Assembly: GCA_020891255.1 (NCBI GenBank)
Contig: BQFW01000003.1
Span: 1,612,001 to 1,676,000, forward strand
Direction of reading: 5' to 3'
DNA from: Entomortierella parvispora E1425
Taxonomy: Eukaryota > Fungi > Mortierellomycota
Length of the DNA stretch: 64,000 bases
The position numbers were made by a program, and so were the translations under genes. Of the stretch, positions 45,922-59,120 are shown one piece after another. Under the pieces are notes generated by a model that worked only from the letters and a program-made list of their open reading frames with translations, had not been told where the DNA came from and searched no databases. The first letter of the stretch is position 1, and every line of letters starts with the position of its first letter.

Positions 45922-46199
45922 GGGACTTGGATGTTCAGCTAAAATTTGGCTGTCAGAGTTCTTCTCTTCCATTCTCTCTCTTTTTTTTTTTTTTTCCTTC
46001 AGTGCCACTTCTCAAGTGCAGTTTAAAATAAATTTTGGCTGTCGAGTTTGCTTTTTCATCACTTTATGGACATGGAGAAAAAACCCATACCCCGACGACA
46101 ATGACGGCAGCCCCTCCTGTCTTCTGGACGTCCTTTTGGAATGAACTCGTACCACACATCGGCCGAAAACATATTATGGCGCTGCGTGGATAACAAGCT

Positions 46200-46830
46200 C
46201 AGCTGTCGGGCCAATCTTCACAGGATCAGCCCGGACACGTCTCCCTCACCACTCTGTGAAGAGGGCGATGGAACCAAAGACCAAGAGCGTATGCTGGTGA
46301 CATACCGCATGGAATCAGCAGTCTGGCAGACGATCCTGGCTGAATTCACGACCAAAACAAACTGGACAGACGGTTCGATCTTATCCCACAGACTGAGTGC
46401 CCCTGTCTCGTCCACACACTTACTGGATCACCTCTGCAGCGTATTCTCCCAGAGGCCACCAGATCGGCTCAGGGAGGTTTGCACAGACTTGCACTCTTGC
46501 CTACACCTTGAGCGGTCGCTCATCTCCCGTGCATTCGTGCATTCTGTGGTGTATTCGCCGACATTGCCGCCACGGGCAGTCTGTAGCGTTTTTGCCTAGC
46601 GCTCAACAGATTGCCTTTGGTAGTCGGGATAAATCAGTGCTGTTGTGGGATGCGCACACAGGTGCTCCTGTCTCGTCCTTGAATGGCCATACCGATGAGG
46701 TCACTTCCGCGGCGAATAGATCGCCTCGGGGAGGGGTGACAATGAATGATAGTATTGTTGGGGAGACTATAAATGTTCTCGGCGGTACCTATCTCGTGGC
46801 TGGCAGTAGAGACACGTCTGTTCGCCTTTC
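46200..46830 (+). pseudogene. Decayed WD40-repeat gene fragment
   Basis: WITSAAYSPRGHQIGSG and VAFLPSAQQIAFGSRDKSVLLWDAHTGAPVSSLNGHTDEVTS. Stops and frameshifts. Confidence 0.75.
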
Positions 46831-47257
46831 TAAAGTGACGGAGAGAGAAGAAGGGACTCGAATCTGTCTTTGTTGGCGATCGATGGCAGACGCGCTTGTG
46901 TCGATACCAACGCTACAAGGACTGTGACTGTCTCTCTTCTATTTGTTGTTTTCCGTCGCCTCGGACGCGTTTTTTAATTTATTTATTGACACTTTGCCCC
47001 TTTGGAGACACAGAGAGAGAGAGGGAGGCGCGTCCTTCTTTGTTGTGTCCCTTTTTCCTTCGTGTTCTCTTTTCTCTTTTCGCTCTTTTCTCTCTTTTCG
47101 TCTTTCCTCCCTCTGCAACCCATTGGCTCCTTCGCTCGGTTCCATGGCCCCATAGCGACCCTCTTCTTTTGTTCCCTTTCTTCTTTCTTTCTCTCTTTTC
47201 TCTCTCTTTTCTCTCTCTTTCTCTGTCATCTGTAACTCTCCTCTCTTTTTCTACATC

Positions 47258-50200
47258 ATGGGATTCAACCATAAGAAAACTACCTTTGGCCTCATGCCAT
47301 CAGCCGCCCGAGGAGGTGGTAGGGGCGGTGCTCGAGGAGCGGCCCGAGGCAGTTTCCAGAAGCGTGGTGGGAAGCCTTACAGAGCTCCTGGCGAACAGGC
47401 CGTTGCATTCGTGGCTACCGGTGACGAGGGTACCCATGTCGAGCAACGGTTCGAAGATGCTGCCATGCAGGACGAGATTGACCGCAAAATGGGCTTTGTT
47501 AAATTCCAAGAAGGACCCGAAAAGTTGGGTTGGCTTATTAATCAGCATGCTGTAAGGACCCTCTGGAATGGAAATGTCGATGGAGAGATGAATGGACGGA
47601 ATTGTTGCATGAAGTTACTTTCATGCGTTCTTGTTACTGACAAGCTTTTTTCTTTTTTCTACTTTTTTTTATCTCGAACAGACCATCGTCAAGGACGACG
47701 ACTGGGCTTCGGGAAGATCTGCAGTAGACTATTACTTTATTCAGGATGATGGAGACATGTTCAAGGCGACGCTCAAATATAGCCCATACTTTTTCATTGC
47801 CACAAAGGTAATGCTGGGACTGGTTCTGGCCTCGTCATAACGATTATGCCGGTTGCGCAGATCAACTCATCGATTCCCTTTTTTGCTGGACCATGGAACA
47901 ATAGGTCGGATATGAAGCCGAGGTTGAGGAATACATCCGGAGAAAGTTTGAAGACACAGTCGAGAAGATTGTCCGAGTGCAAAAGGAGGATTTAGACATG
48001 GTAATGATTTTTTTAATCTTGTTTGATTTTCGACTGCGTTTCTCATCCTTGCAACCATACCTTTCTGACACTGATAAGACTTTTTTATTGCTCCCATTTT
48101 TGAATATAGCCCAACCATCTTTTAGGAAACACTCGGACATATATCAAACTGCAGTTCAGGAATGTTCTCGATCTGCAAGCAGTGCGCAGAGTGATCCTTC
48201 CAGCCGCAAAGCAAAACTTGGCCAAAATGTCCGTCTCAGATACATATGCTGAAGTTGTTGCCGCGGCTGATATGGGCATGCACGACGAACCAGTTGCCTC
48301 AAGAGCCGGAGGAGGAGGCAGCGGATTAGATCAGATTGTCGACATTCGAGAATACGACATTCCGTACACCATTCGAGTCGCCATTGACAAAGGTATAGCC
48401 TTGCTTCCTGTCATAATGCTCTCCATCTGCCAGAATCTCAACGAGAAACAGTAATCTTGACATTAACCATTTGATTTTTGTCCATTTCCTCTAGAAATTC
48501 GAATCGGTCTGTGGTACGATGTAAAGGTCACACCAACAGATGTCACTATTACAAGGCAGATGGACAGAGTTGCCCGTGCAGATCCAGTTGTGTTTGCATT
48601 CGATATCGAAACGACAAAGCTGCCGTTGAAGTTTCCCGACGCTGCTATTGACTCTGTGATGATGATTTCGTACATGATTGATGGACAGGTACGTCACAGT
48701 TAACGGTCAAGAAAAACAGCATATCCGATGAATTTTACTTTTGTTGACAACGGCTCTTCTTAATATCACAGGGCTTCTTGATTACCAACAAGGAAATTGT
48801 CTCCCAGGACATTGAAGACTTTGAATATACCCCCAAGCCGGAATACGAGGGCTTGTTTACCATCTTCAACGAACCCAACGAGGAGGAGTGTCTCCGCCGA
48901 TTTTTCCAACATGTTCAAGAAGCCAAGCCTACAGTGTTTGTCACCTACAACGGAGATTTTTTCGATTGGCCATTCATGGAGGCAAGATCAAAGGTCCACG
49001 GCATCGACATGTTCCAGGTAACCATGGAGTCAATGATGGAGTCCACTTTGTATTCAAAAGAGGACGAAAAATAGTCGACTGACGGCATCTGGAACCTCAC
49101 AAAAATAGGAAATTGGCGTGAAAAAGGATGACGAGGATGAGTACAAGTCCAACACGGCAGTCCACATGGATGCCTTCCGATGGGTCAAACGCGATTCTTA
49201 TTTGCCTATGGGAAGTCAGGGTCTCAAATCGGTCACAAAAGAAAAACTGGGATACAACCCGATGGAAATCGACCCTGAAGACATGACCCGATTTGCATCA
49301 GAAAAGCCGCAGACTCTGGCCCAGTACTCAGTTTCAGACGCTGTGGCGACATACTACCTGTATATGAAATACGTGCATCCTTTCATCTTTTCGCTCTGCA
49401 ACATTATCCCTATGAACCCAGATGAGGTTTTGCGAAAAGGTTCAGGAACGCTTTGTGAGACGCTGCTGATGGTAAGGACCTCCCTTGTCGATTTAATATC
49501 GATATTTTTGTTTGATGGTCAAAATTCCCTGTGTCTAGATTTCCCTGATACTAATCGGGGGGGTTTTTTTAATATATTTAGGTTGAAGCTTGGGTAGGAA
49601 ACATTATCATGCCCAACAAACACACAGAGTCCTACAACAAGATGTACGACGGACATTTGCTGGAGAGCGAAACATATGTCGGAGGACACGTGGAGGCTTT
49701 GCAGGCCGGAGTGTACAGAAGCGATATCCCCAACAATTTTGCGATCGTGCCAGAAACTGCACAGCAATTGATCGATGACTTGGACGCAGCCTTGAAATTC
49801 AGTATTGAGGTTGAAGGCAACATGAAAATGGAAGACGTACTCAACTACGAAGAGGTAAATGATCGCCTCCCCTTTGGAGTTTTAGTGGCTATTATGTTTT
49901 TGTGTGTAAATATATACTCATTTATGGAGTCCATCATGGCTCTCTCTAGGTCAAAGCTGCCATTGTAGCCCCATTAGAGGATTTGCGTGATCGGCCGAAT
50001 CGCAGTGAAAAGCCTAGCATTTACCATCTGGATGTCGCCGCCATGTACCCCAACATTATTCTCACCAACCGATTGCAGCCGGATTCAATCGTGGAGGAAT
50101 CCACCTGTGCTTCTTGCGATTTCAACAAGGTCGGAAAGGAGTGTGATCGACGCATGACCTGGTCCTGGCGTGGAGAGTACTTCCCAGCCAAGAAGAGCGA

Positions 50201-53200
50201 GTACAACATGATCAAGAATCAGCTTGAATCGGAGCGATTCCCTGGCAAGAAGGCTTGGGACGAGCCAAGGACATTTCACAGTTTGACGGAAGCGGAACAA
50301 TCGGCCCTTATCACCAAACGTATTGCAGAATACTCCAGAAAGGTCTACCGTAAGACTCATGAGACCAAGGTTTTGGAGAAGGAGGCTGTGGTCTGTCAGC
50401 GCGAGAACCCTTTCTACGTCGACACTGTGAAAGCTTTCCGTGATCGTCGTTACGAATACAAGGGTCTGCACAAGAAATGGAAGGGCGAGGTGGATAAGGC
50501 GCTAAAGTCTGGCGATCTGGTCGAGATTGAGAACGCGAAAAAGATGGTTGTTCTGTATGACTCATTGCAGTTGGCCCACAAGTGTATTCTCAACTCCTTT
50601 TACGGTTACGTCATGAGAAAGGGTGCTCGCTGGTACTCAATGGAGATGGCTGGAATCGTGTGCCTGACTGGCGCCAGGATTATTCAGCTCGCTCGACAAC
50701 TCGTGGAACAGATCGGACGACCACTGGAACTGGATACCGACGGTATTTGGTGTATCATCCCACAAACCTTCCCCGAGAACTTTACGTTCAAGTTCAAGAA
50801 TGGCAAAAAGTTTGGTATCTCGTACCCCTGTACCATGTTGAACCATCTTGTCCACGCCAAATTCACCAACAAACAGTACCAGGTCCTCAAGAACAAGGAG
50901 GAGAATGAATACGAGACTATCGAAGAAAACAGTATTTTCTTTGAGGTGGATGGACCCTACCACGCCATGATCTTGCCCTCATCCAAGGAAGAAGACAAGT
51001 TGCTCAAGAAGCGTTACGCTGTGTTCAACAAGGATGGATCCATTGCAGAGTTGAAGGGATTCGAAGTCAAGCGTCGTGGAGAGCTAAAGATGATCAAGAA
51101 CTTCCAATCTCAATTGTTCAAGGTCTTTCTCGAGGGTTCGAACTTGGAGGAATGTTACAGCGCTGTCGCAAGAGTTGCTAACCAATGGCTGGACGTCCTG
51201 TACAGTAAGGCTGTCGATCTGGAGGAGAACGAGCTGTTTGACCTGATTTCCGAAAACAGAAGCATGTCCAAGTCGCTGGAGGAGTACGGGGCTCAAAAGT
51301 CGACTTCAATTACCACAGCAAGACGTCTCGGAGAGTTCTTGGGCGATCAGATGGTGAAGGACAAGGGTCTGAACTGCAAGTTTATTATTGCTGCTCAACC
51401 TGCAGGCAGTCCCGTCACGGAGCGTGCTATCCCTGTGGCGATTTTCTCGGCCGAGCCTGCTGTCATGAAGTTTTATTTGCGAAAGTGGCTCAAGGACAAC
51501 AGTTTGCAGGACTTTGATATCCGATCCATCTTGGACTGGCATTATTATCTGGAGCGATTCGGAGGAGTGATCCAGAAGCTGATCACCATTCCTGCGGCGA
51601 TGCAAAAAGTGACAAACCCAATCCCGCGTGTTCGTCATCCTGACTGGCTGTTCAAGCGAGTGATGGCCTTGGACAACAAGTTTAAGCAGCACCGAATCAC
51701 GGACGCGTTCAAGCCTGCGGAGAAGAGACCTTTTGGAGGCGATGGCGTCAATGACCTAGAAGACTTTGGATCCAGACCACAGGAAGGACGAGTTCGACCC
51801 GTTGTCCACAAAATGGGCAAACCAACCAAGAATCAACGGAGCCAGCAACGATCTCTGGAAGAACAAGTTCTGGAACTGGAGCTGCCTGATACGATGCCTG
51901 ACATGTTGACGGATTACCATGGATTCTTGGCTTATCAAAAAAAGAAGTGGAAGCGCCAACGTCTGGAACGTGCGCAGCGCAAGGCACTGGGTCAAGTCCG
52001 TGCCAAGGGACCCGCCGGATCACTCTCTGGATTTATTCAGAAACAATCAACCAACATTTTGACAAACAAATGGCAGATTGTTCAAATTGTCGACACTGAG
52101 ATTCCTGGCGAGTTCCGTCTCTGGATCTTGATCGACAAGACCTTGCACTCGATCCGCGTATCAGTGCCCCGTATCTTTTATGTCAACAGTCGCGTTGAGG
52201 ATGCCAGCCACGAGACCCGTCTCTTCCCTAAACAAAAGATGATCAGGACGCTGCCTCGCGCCCATCCCTGTTTGCATCTCTACCAATTTTCGATGCCCGA
52301 AAGTGTTTACCAAAAGGAATCCAAGAACCTGTCCAGTTTTTTCAGTCACCCAGACGTCGAAGGTGTTTATGAAACACAGCTACCTCTACTCTACCGCGCC
52401 ATTATCAACTTGAGCTGTGTCTGCTCTGTTGCTAACAAAGCCAAGCGTGGACTGGATGAGGGATTTGATCTTGGAGATCTCAAGGCCGAGTCTGAAAACA
52501 AGGATTCATATCTAGAGGAAGATCGGGCGCTCCATTACCTGTTCCTCTACCATGCGACAACGGACACCCGGCATTTATTTGCACTCTACTCTTCTGTTCA
52601 CAACCGCGTGAATGTCTTTGTGGTGGATGCACCTGGTCAGAGAGGCCAGATGCCCAACATGTCCAGGACGTACACGGAAGTGAAGGCAGAGATTGATCGC
52701 ATGGACGCCACAGCTCGCCGACCAAACAAGGCCTTTGAGTACTTTGAGCAGCTTCAATTTGACATTGAATATGCGAGCGACGAGAGAAGCGCTTTCAAGG
52801 GCTTGTCCAAGTGTCTTAGCAAATACCAGGATGAACGTCGTGGACCTACCGCCGTGATCTTGCATACGCCCAGGACCAGACAAAAGATGGTGGAGAGCAT
52901 GAGTATCCTTGCGGATTTCCCATTGATCTCGATGCCTTGCTCCAAGCGATCCAAGCCCTTCCAAGCCCTGGCCTGGCAAACAAACGCCACCAAGCGGATG
53001 CTGGCCCAGTTCTTGACTGTGGGTGGATGGGTGACGGAGCAAATTGCATTGGCAAGATATTCAGACATTCCACTGTGCAACATTGAACAGGATTCGCCCA
53101 TCTTTGTGACGGATATCATCCTGGCGCGCCGTTTGCAGCGACACGACATGTTGCTTTGGTGGTCGCCCTCGAGTAAGCCGGATCTGGGCGGTCGTGAGGA

Positions 53201-54908
53201 CGATGAGAACTTGTCAGGATTCGAGGAGCTCATGGATCCCAATATTAATTTGCCCGGCCATTACGAGACAGTATGCTTGGAAATGGACCTCTTGCACCTG
53301 GCTGTGAACACTGTTCTGCAGTCAAGTTTGATCAATGACCTTGAAGGAGGCGCCGAGGCGGCTCTGGATGCGTCCCATACCTTGGACGACTACAAGACAG
53401 GAAAGGTATCGAGCGTGATCAGCTTTGGTACTGGCACAGCCTCTGCCCAGGCGTTTGCCGTGATCAAGTACATGGTCAGACATTGGGTGATCGAATCGGC
53501 CGAGTCGGACAATCTGTTTGCGGATAGTTTGATTGGACATTTCCACCGGTGGCTGACGAGTCCTAGCTCCAAGTTGTACGACCCGTGCATGTATGCTTTG
53601 GTCCATGGATTGATGAAGAAAGTCTTTTTGCAGCTCGTGGCGGAATTCAAGAGACTAGGCTCGCGCGTTGTCCTGGGTAGTTTCAACAAGTTGACGATCG
53701 TGACGTCCAAGGCCTCTGTCGGAAACGCGTTTGCATATGGAAGCTGGATCATTCGTCACATTCAGTCAAAGCCATTGTTCCTGACGATCACCTTGGCGCC
53801 TATTCATTACTGGGAGCAATTGCTGTGGATGGACTCTGCAAACTTTGGAGGCATCATCTGCCCCAACCCCCACGAGGCCCAGGATGAGGATCAGCCCATG
53901 ATTTTGACCGAGATCAACCGAGATATCCACATGCAATGGAACATTCAGCAGTATTTGCCTGTTGCATTGCATTCGGAATTCTTGAGCACGGTGGCCGAAT
54001 TCTTGGACCAAATCTACAAGTTCCGACACCACAAACAGTTGGCGACGCCTCGATCCGCCTCTGCTACGGCCGACGATGCCAGTCACCAAAATGGCGGCAG
54101 TAACGGATCTCTGGAAGGCGCAATGGATGTGACAACGACCAACGGCAGCGGCAACAAGACGGATCGCAAGACATTGGAGTTGATTGCGTACAAGAAAAAG
54201 CTGATCTCTCAACAAATCTCGCGTCGTTTGCTTCGCGTGTTCCCCGAGATCTTGGTCAAGAAGCGCGAGTCGATGAAGGATCCTCAGACATCGTTCCTAT
54301 ATGCTTTCCCACGTCAACCAGGTTCGCATCTTAAGTTGACCAACCCGGTCCTGGAGTTGGTCAAGTCGATCACGGCTGTGTTTGCGATTGACACGACGAT
54401 CGAGCGAGAGGTCCGTGTCTTGCGCAAGAACTTGTTGGATCTGATCGAGATCCGCGAGTTCTCGCCCGAGTCCTTGTTTGAGAATCCATGCCAGAGCTTT
54501 GTGTTGCGGGGAGTGATTTGCTCGTACTGCAATTACTGTCAGGACCTGGATTTCTGCCGTGACCCCCATTTGTTGCCCAGGATCAAGAAGGATACAGGCA
54601 AGATGGTACTGGGAACGTGGAGATGCCAGGAATGCAAGGAGGAATATGATCGGGAGGCGATTGAGGAGTCGATGGTGGCGATTGTGGAGCGAATGGTGGA
54701 TCAATACCAGATGCAGGATCTGAAATGTATCAAGTGCCGGAGGGTCAAGGCCGATCATCTGGGCGAGTGGTGCGAATGCTCGGGTCGATTTGTCACGGTC
54801 CTGGGCAGGAATGAGTACCTGAAGAAGATGCGCGTGTTTGAGAACATTGCAGAGTTTTATGGCCTGGTCTTGCTCAAGGAGATTGTGACCTGGATCCTGG
54901 CCAACTAG
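47258..54908 (+). CDS. POL2: DNA polymerase epsilon catalytic subunit A
   Basis: [16 protein letters not shown] exonuclease, [41 protein letters not shown]-terminal CSYC/CQEC and CIKC/CEC motifs. Multiple 5' introns. Confidence 0.97.
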
Positions 54909-55850
54909 ATTAGAGGAAAAGTGGCTGTCAGTAAACACTGTGATATTAGATTGTGTTGAGCAACTGGATGGCAGAGTGCGGAAGGGTGATATCAACTGTA
55001 TGCCATAGCGGGACAAAAGGCAAGGCGGAAGACCCGTCGTCGTGTGCTGATCTCTATCGGCTTGCCCCAAGTTGCTTCCGATACCAGCGAAAGATTCTTG
55101 ACGCGCAGACTGCGCACTCAAGGGTACTCATAACTATGATACATGTCCGTCACTTGTGGCGACCTTGAGCCTTCAAAGACAGGCCGCATCACGAACCTGA
55201 ACAATGGCACGACCGATGGGTTTTTGATGCGTCGCTGACGAAAAAAACTATGAACATGCAAATACGAGGTGGAGTGAGAGATGGATGTTTAATAAAAGCC
55301 ATGGCCAATGTATCTCGTATTTACTGTGTCTATCAGTACCACCAGTCATTACATATGAAGATGCTGCAGCAAACAAGTATGTGGAACCCGCCAAGTGAAC
55401 CCACTCCACCATTCTGTTTAAAAAACCCCCTCCCATTGCACCACCAAGTTGACACGGCCTCAGCACAGGGGCGCTTGCGTGCTTCTAGCACGTCGCCACC
55501 AACTTTACGTTGGTGTGGTGTATGGAACTTCCCAGTGACTAGTAACGTTGGGCCCCGGCGCTCCCAAATTTAGCATGGCAGAGAGCCCCAGAACAGTGCT
55601 TTCGAAGGTGCTGGTATGGGTCTTTCAGGGAGAATGCTGTGATGGCGTTAGACTTCAAAAAAGCGCGCTCTGAAAACGTTTTTTTTTTTCGAATTGGATT
55701 TTTTTATTTATTTATTTTTTGAGAAAGAACCAGCCTGGCACCCCTCGGGGGGCGGGGGGTTGCTGGTGCCAGATGGTAGCCCTGCGATTTGTCGAAAATC
55801 ACACAAAAAGAACCAAAAACTCCAACTCGTCGTCCAAGGTTGGGTATTGA

Positions 55851-56126
55851 CTAACAATTTGGGTGACCACGGGTTGCCGTGGAAGGTACCATTTGACCTT
55901 CAGGAGTAGAACACCAGCAATACCCTGTAGAACCGCTGCACTGTATGCGAGAATAGGAGCCATCCGGTTCACATGAAGGAACCATTTGGCCCACCATTCC
56001 AGCTTCCGCCGCTTTCGTCGCCTCATCCCTCCCTTTCTGGCAAGCTGTTGGTTCCGCACTTGCCATCAGGGTCTTGCAAAGCAGGAGAGCCACAACGAAA
56101 ATAAGCGTGTTATTGTTTTGACGCAT
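55851..56126 (-). CDS. Secreted single thyroglobulin type-1 domain protein (thyropin-like), 91 aa
   Basis: Signal peptide, then C...PSCEPDGSYSRIQCSGSTGYCWCSTPEG...C: a six-Cys Tg1 pattern with the QC and CWC signature. TATA at about 56292. Confidence 0.85.
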   Translation of the reverse strand: MRQNNNTLIFVVALLLCKTLMASAEPTACQKGRDEATKAAEAGMVGQMVPSCEPDGSYSRIQCSGSTGYCWCSTPEGQMVPSTATRGHPNC

Positions 56127-56658
56127 TTTTTAGGTCTGATGTAAGAATGGATGAGATCTTGTGCCGATGCTTTCTGGTTTCGCTCTTGACTGCTCTTGTT
56201 TTCGTTTTTTTTTTTTTGGCTGACGAGGAGTGAACTTGCGGGTCTTGCAATCTTGAAGAAAGGAACAGATATGGGTGGGGTAGCGACTTGTTTTTATACG
56301 GTACGTGGATGAGTCAAAAGAGATGAAAACCAGTACAGATGTTTGTCCTTGGGCACGCAAAGAAAGTCATCCGCGAACACAAGTCTCCTTGCCAATAAAA
56401 AAAATAAAAAAAAAAAAAATCTCAGGGGGGATGGAGGGGGTGGAGGAGTAAAAATAGATATTCAGGGAAGGGGGGACGATGTTCAGGGAGGGAGGAACTG
56501 CAAGGCTGCCGGAGGTTGCTTCACGCCTCTCTTATAACTCATTGACTCTAGTCTGATCTAGTTTTACCGCCCCCTTGCACGTTTTTTTTTATTCTTGTTG
56601 CCGGGCCTTGAAGGGTTCACATTCTCATCAAGGTCACGACTATTGTGCTCTTCAGGAG

Positions 56659-56976
56659 TTATAGTTTCCTCATATCGCAATTTGCTAGGACTTTATTATA
56701 TCTCGATATTACTTCTACCACTCTAATTTTTTGACTGGCAGGTATGTTGATGAACGCCGCTTTTCGACCTATCAACCCCAGAAACATACATTCATATCCA
56801 GCAGGACAGGGGCAATCATTTGCTAGGGGTTTAAAATCCTCCGTAGGGAAGTCCGTTGTGTATCTGCATATTTCACCAATGTTGCATTCATGCGGAACAT
56901 AGGCAATTGCGGTCGACAAGAATACTGCCATTATGGCCAAGTTGACAAGGATAAGGAAAATAGTGCAAGAAGCCAT
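56659..56976 (-). CDS. Small secreted Cys-rich peptide, copy B (probable 1-nt frameshift at 56761-56764)
   Basis: Signal peptide, C-x5-CRYTTDFPTEDFKP...C-P-C...EC. An extra A restores ...VHQHTCQSKN-stop, matching the paralog. Confidence 0.8.
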   Translation of the reverse strand: MASCTIFLILVNLAIMAVFLSTAIAYVPHECNIGEICRYTTDFPTEDFKPLANDCPCPAGYECMFLGLIGRKAAFINIPASQKIRVVEVISRYNKVLANCDMRKL

Positions 56977-57496
56977 TACGGAGTTATGGACTGAGTATCA
57001 GAAGTGACGGTTATTTAAGAAATCTGAAAATGGATGAGGTTGGCGAGACCTCAATTATCCATGCAACAAGGATACCAAGGGGTACACGGAAAAGACATGC
57101 CAGGGGCAGGGGAGGGATACCAAGCAAAGATAGGAATGCAGGAGGGAAGGGACAACCAAAAAAAAAAAATCTCACGGGGGGGGGGGGGGGAAGGCAGTAA
57201 AAAAGAGACTTTCAGGGAGGGAGGGACTGCAAGGCACTTCATGTGGCACTTGTGAATTTAAAAAAGAGGTTGAATCTAGCCATTTGCTACAGACGGGGAT
57301 AGACGGAGACAGAAAGCAAAAGTGTATACGAGAGGAACCTTTCATTCAGATAGCTGGTATTTGGGCCTACTACCTGAGCAGGCAATAGCGCTAGAACGCG
57401 ATGATTATTGTCTCTGCCTTCACGAGTAACATCTTTCTCATAAAGCATTTTCAGATTGCATTTGTAAGGACTTTATTTCGATATTTCTTCCACTCT

Positions 57497-57769
57497 TTAT
57501 TTTTTTTTCTGGCAGGTGTAGTAATGAATGGCTTTATTCCAGATGTAATCCCCAGAGTACATGCATTCACCTTCAACACAGATGCATTCATTTTCTGGCG
57601 GCTTAAAATCATCTGTAGGATAGTCCGTTGTATATCTGCAGTTTTGATCAGCATTGCAAATGCTCGAAAAATCGTGATCCAGATTGCCAGGGATGGCAAT
57701 TGCGGTCGACAAGAGTAATGCCAATATTGCCAAGTTGACAAGGATAAGGATAAAAGTGCGAGGAGCCAT
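57497..57769 (-). CDS. Small secreted Cys-rich peptide, copy C (90 aa, 6 Cys)
   Basis: Signal peptide MAPRTFILILVNLAILALLLSTAIA, CRYTTDYPTDDFKP motif shared with copy B, TATA at about 57845. Confidence 0.85.
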   Translation of the reverse strand: MAPRTFILILVNLAILALLLSTAIAIPGNLDHDFSSICNADQNCRYTTDYPTDDFKPPENECICVEGECMYSGDYIWNKAIHYYTCQKKK

Positions 57770-58739
57770 TGTGGAGTTATAGACTGAGTATTCAGAGTAG
57801 TGTCAAGGGATGTTTGAGAAATCTCAGGTTGGTGCGACCCCTTTTATATATGCGAATCGGAACAGCAAAAATGGAACCTTGGAGAAGGACATAGAAAAGA
57901 CATGTCAAAGGAGGGACACCGAGGAAAGATGGGAATGCAGGAAAGACATGTCAGGGGAGGGACGCCGAGGAAAGATGAGAATGCAGGAGGTGAGGGATGT
58001 CCAAAAAAAAAAAGAACGACCAGGCCACTAAGGGTACAGAGTCACATTACTGAGAGTTGGGACGAGCATGGGCGTGGGAGAGCAAGGGCCCATGGCAAGC
58101 GAGAACACCTGGCGGTATCCTAACACCGAGGAAGGATGGAGAAAGATAGCAAAGAGCTGATAAAGAAGAGAAACATAAATAGGAGAGGGAGACGCTAAAA
58201 TAAAGGCAACGGATTCAGATGCTGAAAAAATGACGATGATGGATTAATGCAGAGTGAAAAGAGGCAGGGAGTACTACTGGATAACTGACTTGTGGCAGCC
58301 AAGCGCACATAGCGACGTTGCCCCAGATCCTTCAATGTCGGCTCTTTCCACCGTACTCAGGTTGCAAATGAAGGACTTCTGTTTTTGCTGGGAGGTGACG
58401 TGTGGGAAAGAAAAGAGTAGGAGCGGAAGGGAGAGTGTGAGCTGGAGGGAGGAAGGTAAAAGAAACGTGTGTCGGCGTCAGAGGTGGCTGTTGAAGTCTC
58501 TTGAAATAACGAGAGATGACGCGCCCGCCAGCTCGCAAGGTGCCACCAAAACGCGTCGAACGCGTCCAAGCCTGGAGCATCACTTACGGAGCTCATAGAT
58601 CTTGCTCCATGCCTACTCCCAAACTGATCGAAGAGAGTCTCGGTGTGTACACTGGCGTTATTGGGTACAACATGAATGTCAGTGGGAGGGCATCCCAACG
58701 ACTACCCGATACCCAACAAAATTTGCTTGCATCTCCCTC

Positions 58740-59120
58740 GACTAAGGACGAATTGATGGCCCACGCCCAGACACGCTCACTCTTTGGGCAAGTGCTGAAT
58801 GAGACGGCCTTGCAATCGTTGTTCCATCATTCTTGGAAGAATATAATATTACTGCTACACACGAAAAAGGATCCGGCCATGTTGTAGAGACATGATGCCC
58901 TTGGAACGCCACCAAACTGGATTTGTGAAGAACATGTTCATCAATGGATTGACAACGTCAGCGCTTATGGACAGGGCAAAGGGCAAAAAGTTCCCACATG
59001 TCTGTGTTTGCTGGACCAAGCCAAAGCATGTGACAGAGTCTGCCTGGGTTTTTGGAAGGCAACCCTGGAACATATGAAGCTTCCCCCTACGTTTAACAAT
59101 GGGATCTGCGATCTATATGG
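58740..59120 (+). pseudogene. Non-LTR (LINE) reverse transcriptase relic
   Basis: Joined frames: LFGQVL...SWKNIILLLHTKKDP...HQTGFVKN...ALMDRAK...LLDQAKACDRV...LEHMKLP, matching LINE RT N-terminal motifs including D(Q)xKAxD. Stops and frameshifts. Confidence 0.8.

Larger units (their letters stand above)
56400..58010 (-). repeat. Tandem duplication of ~0.8-kb unit (3' flank, peptide gene, promoter)
   Basis: 56401-56510 resembles 57161-57235, the gene bodies and UTRs are homologous, and 57080-57170 resembles 57880-58010. Confidence 0.8.

Noticed and set aside
56400-56510. Block shared with 57161-57235 as a common promoter of the Tg1 and peptide genes
   Set aside because: More simply explained as the duplicated 3' flank of the tandem peptide unit.
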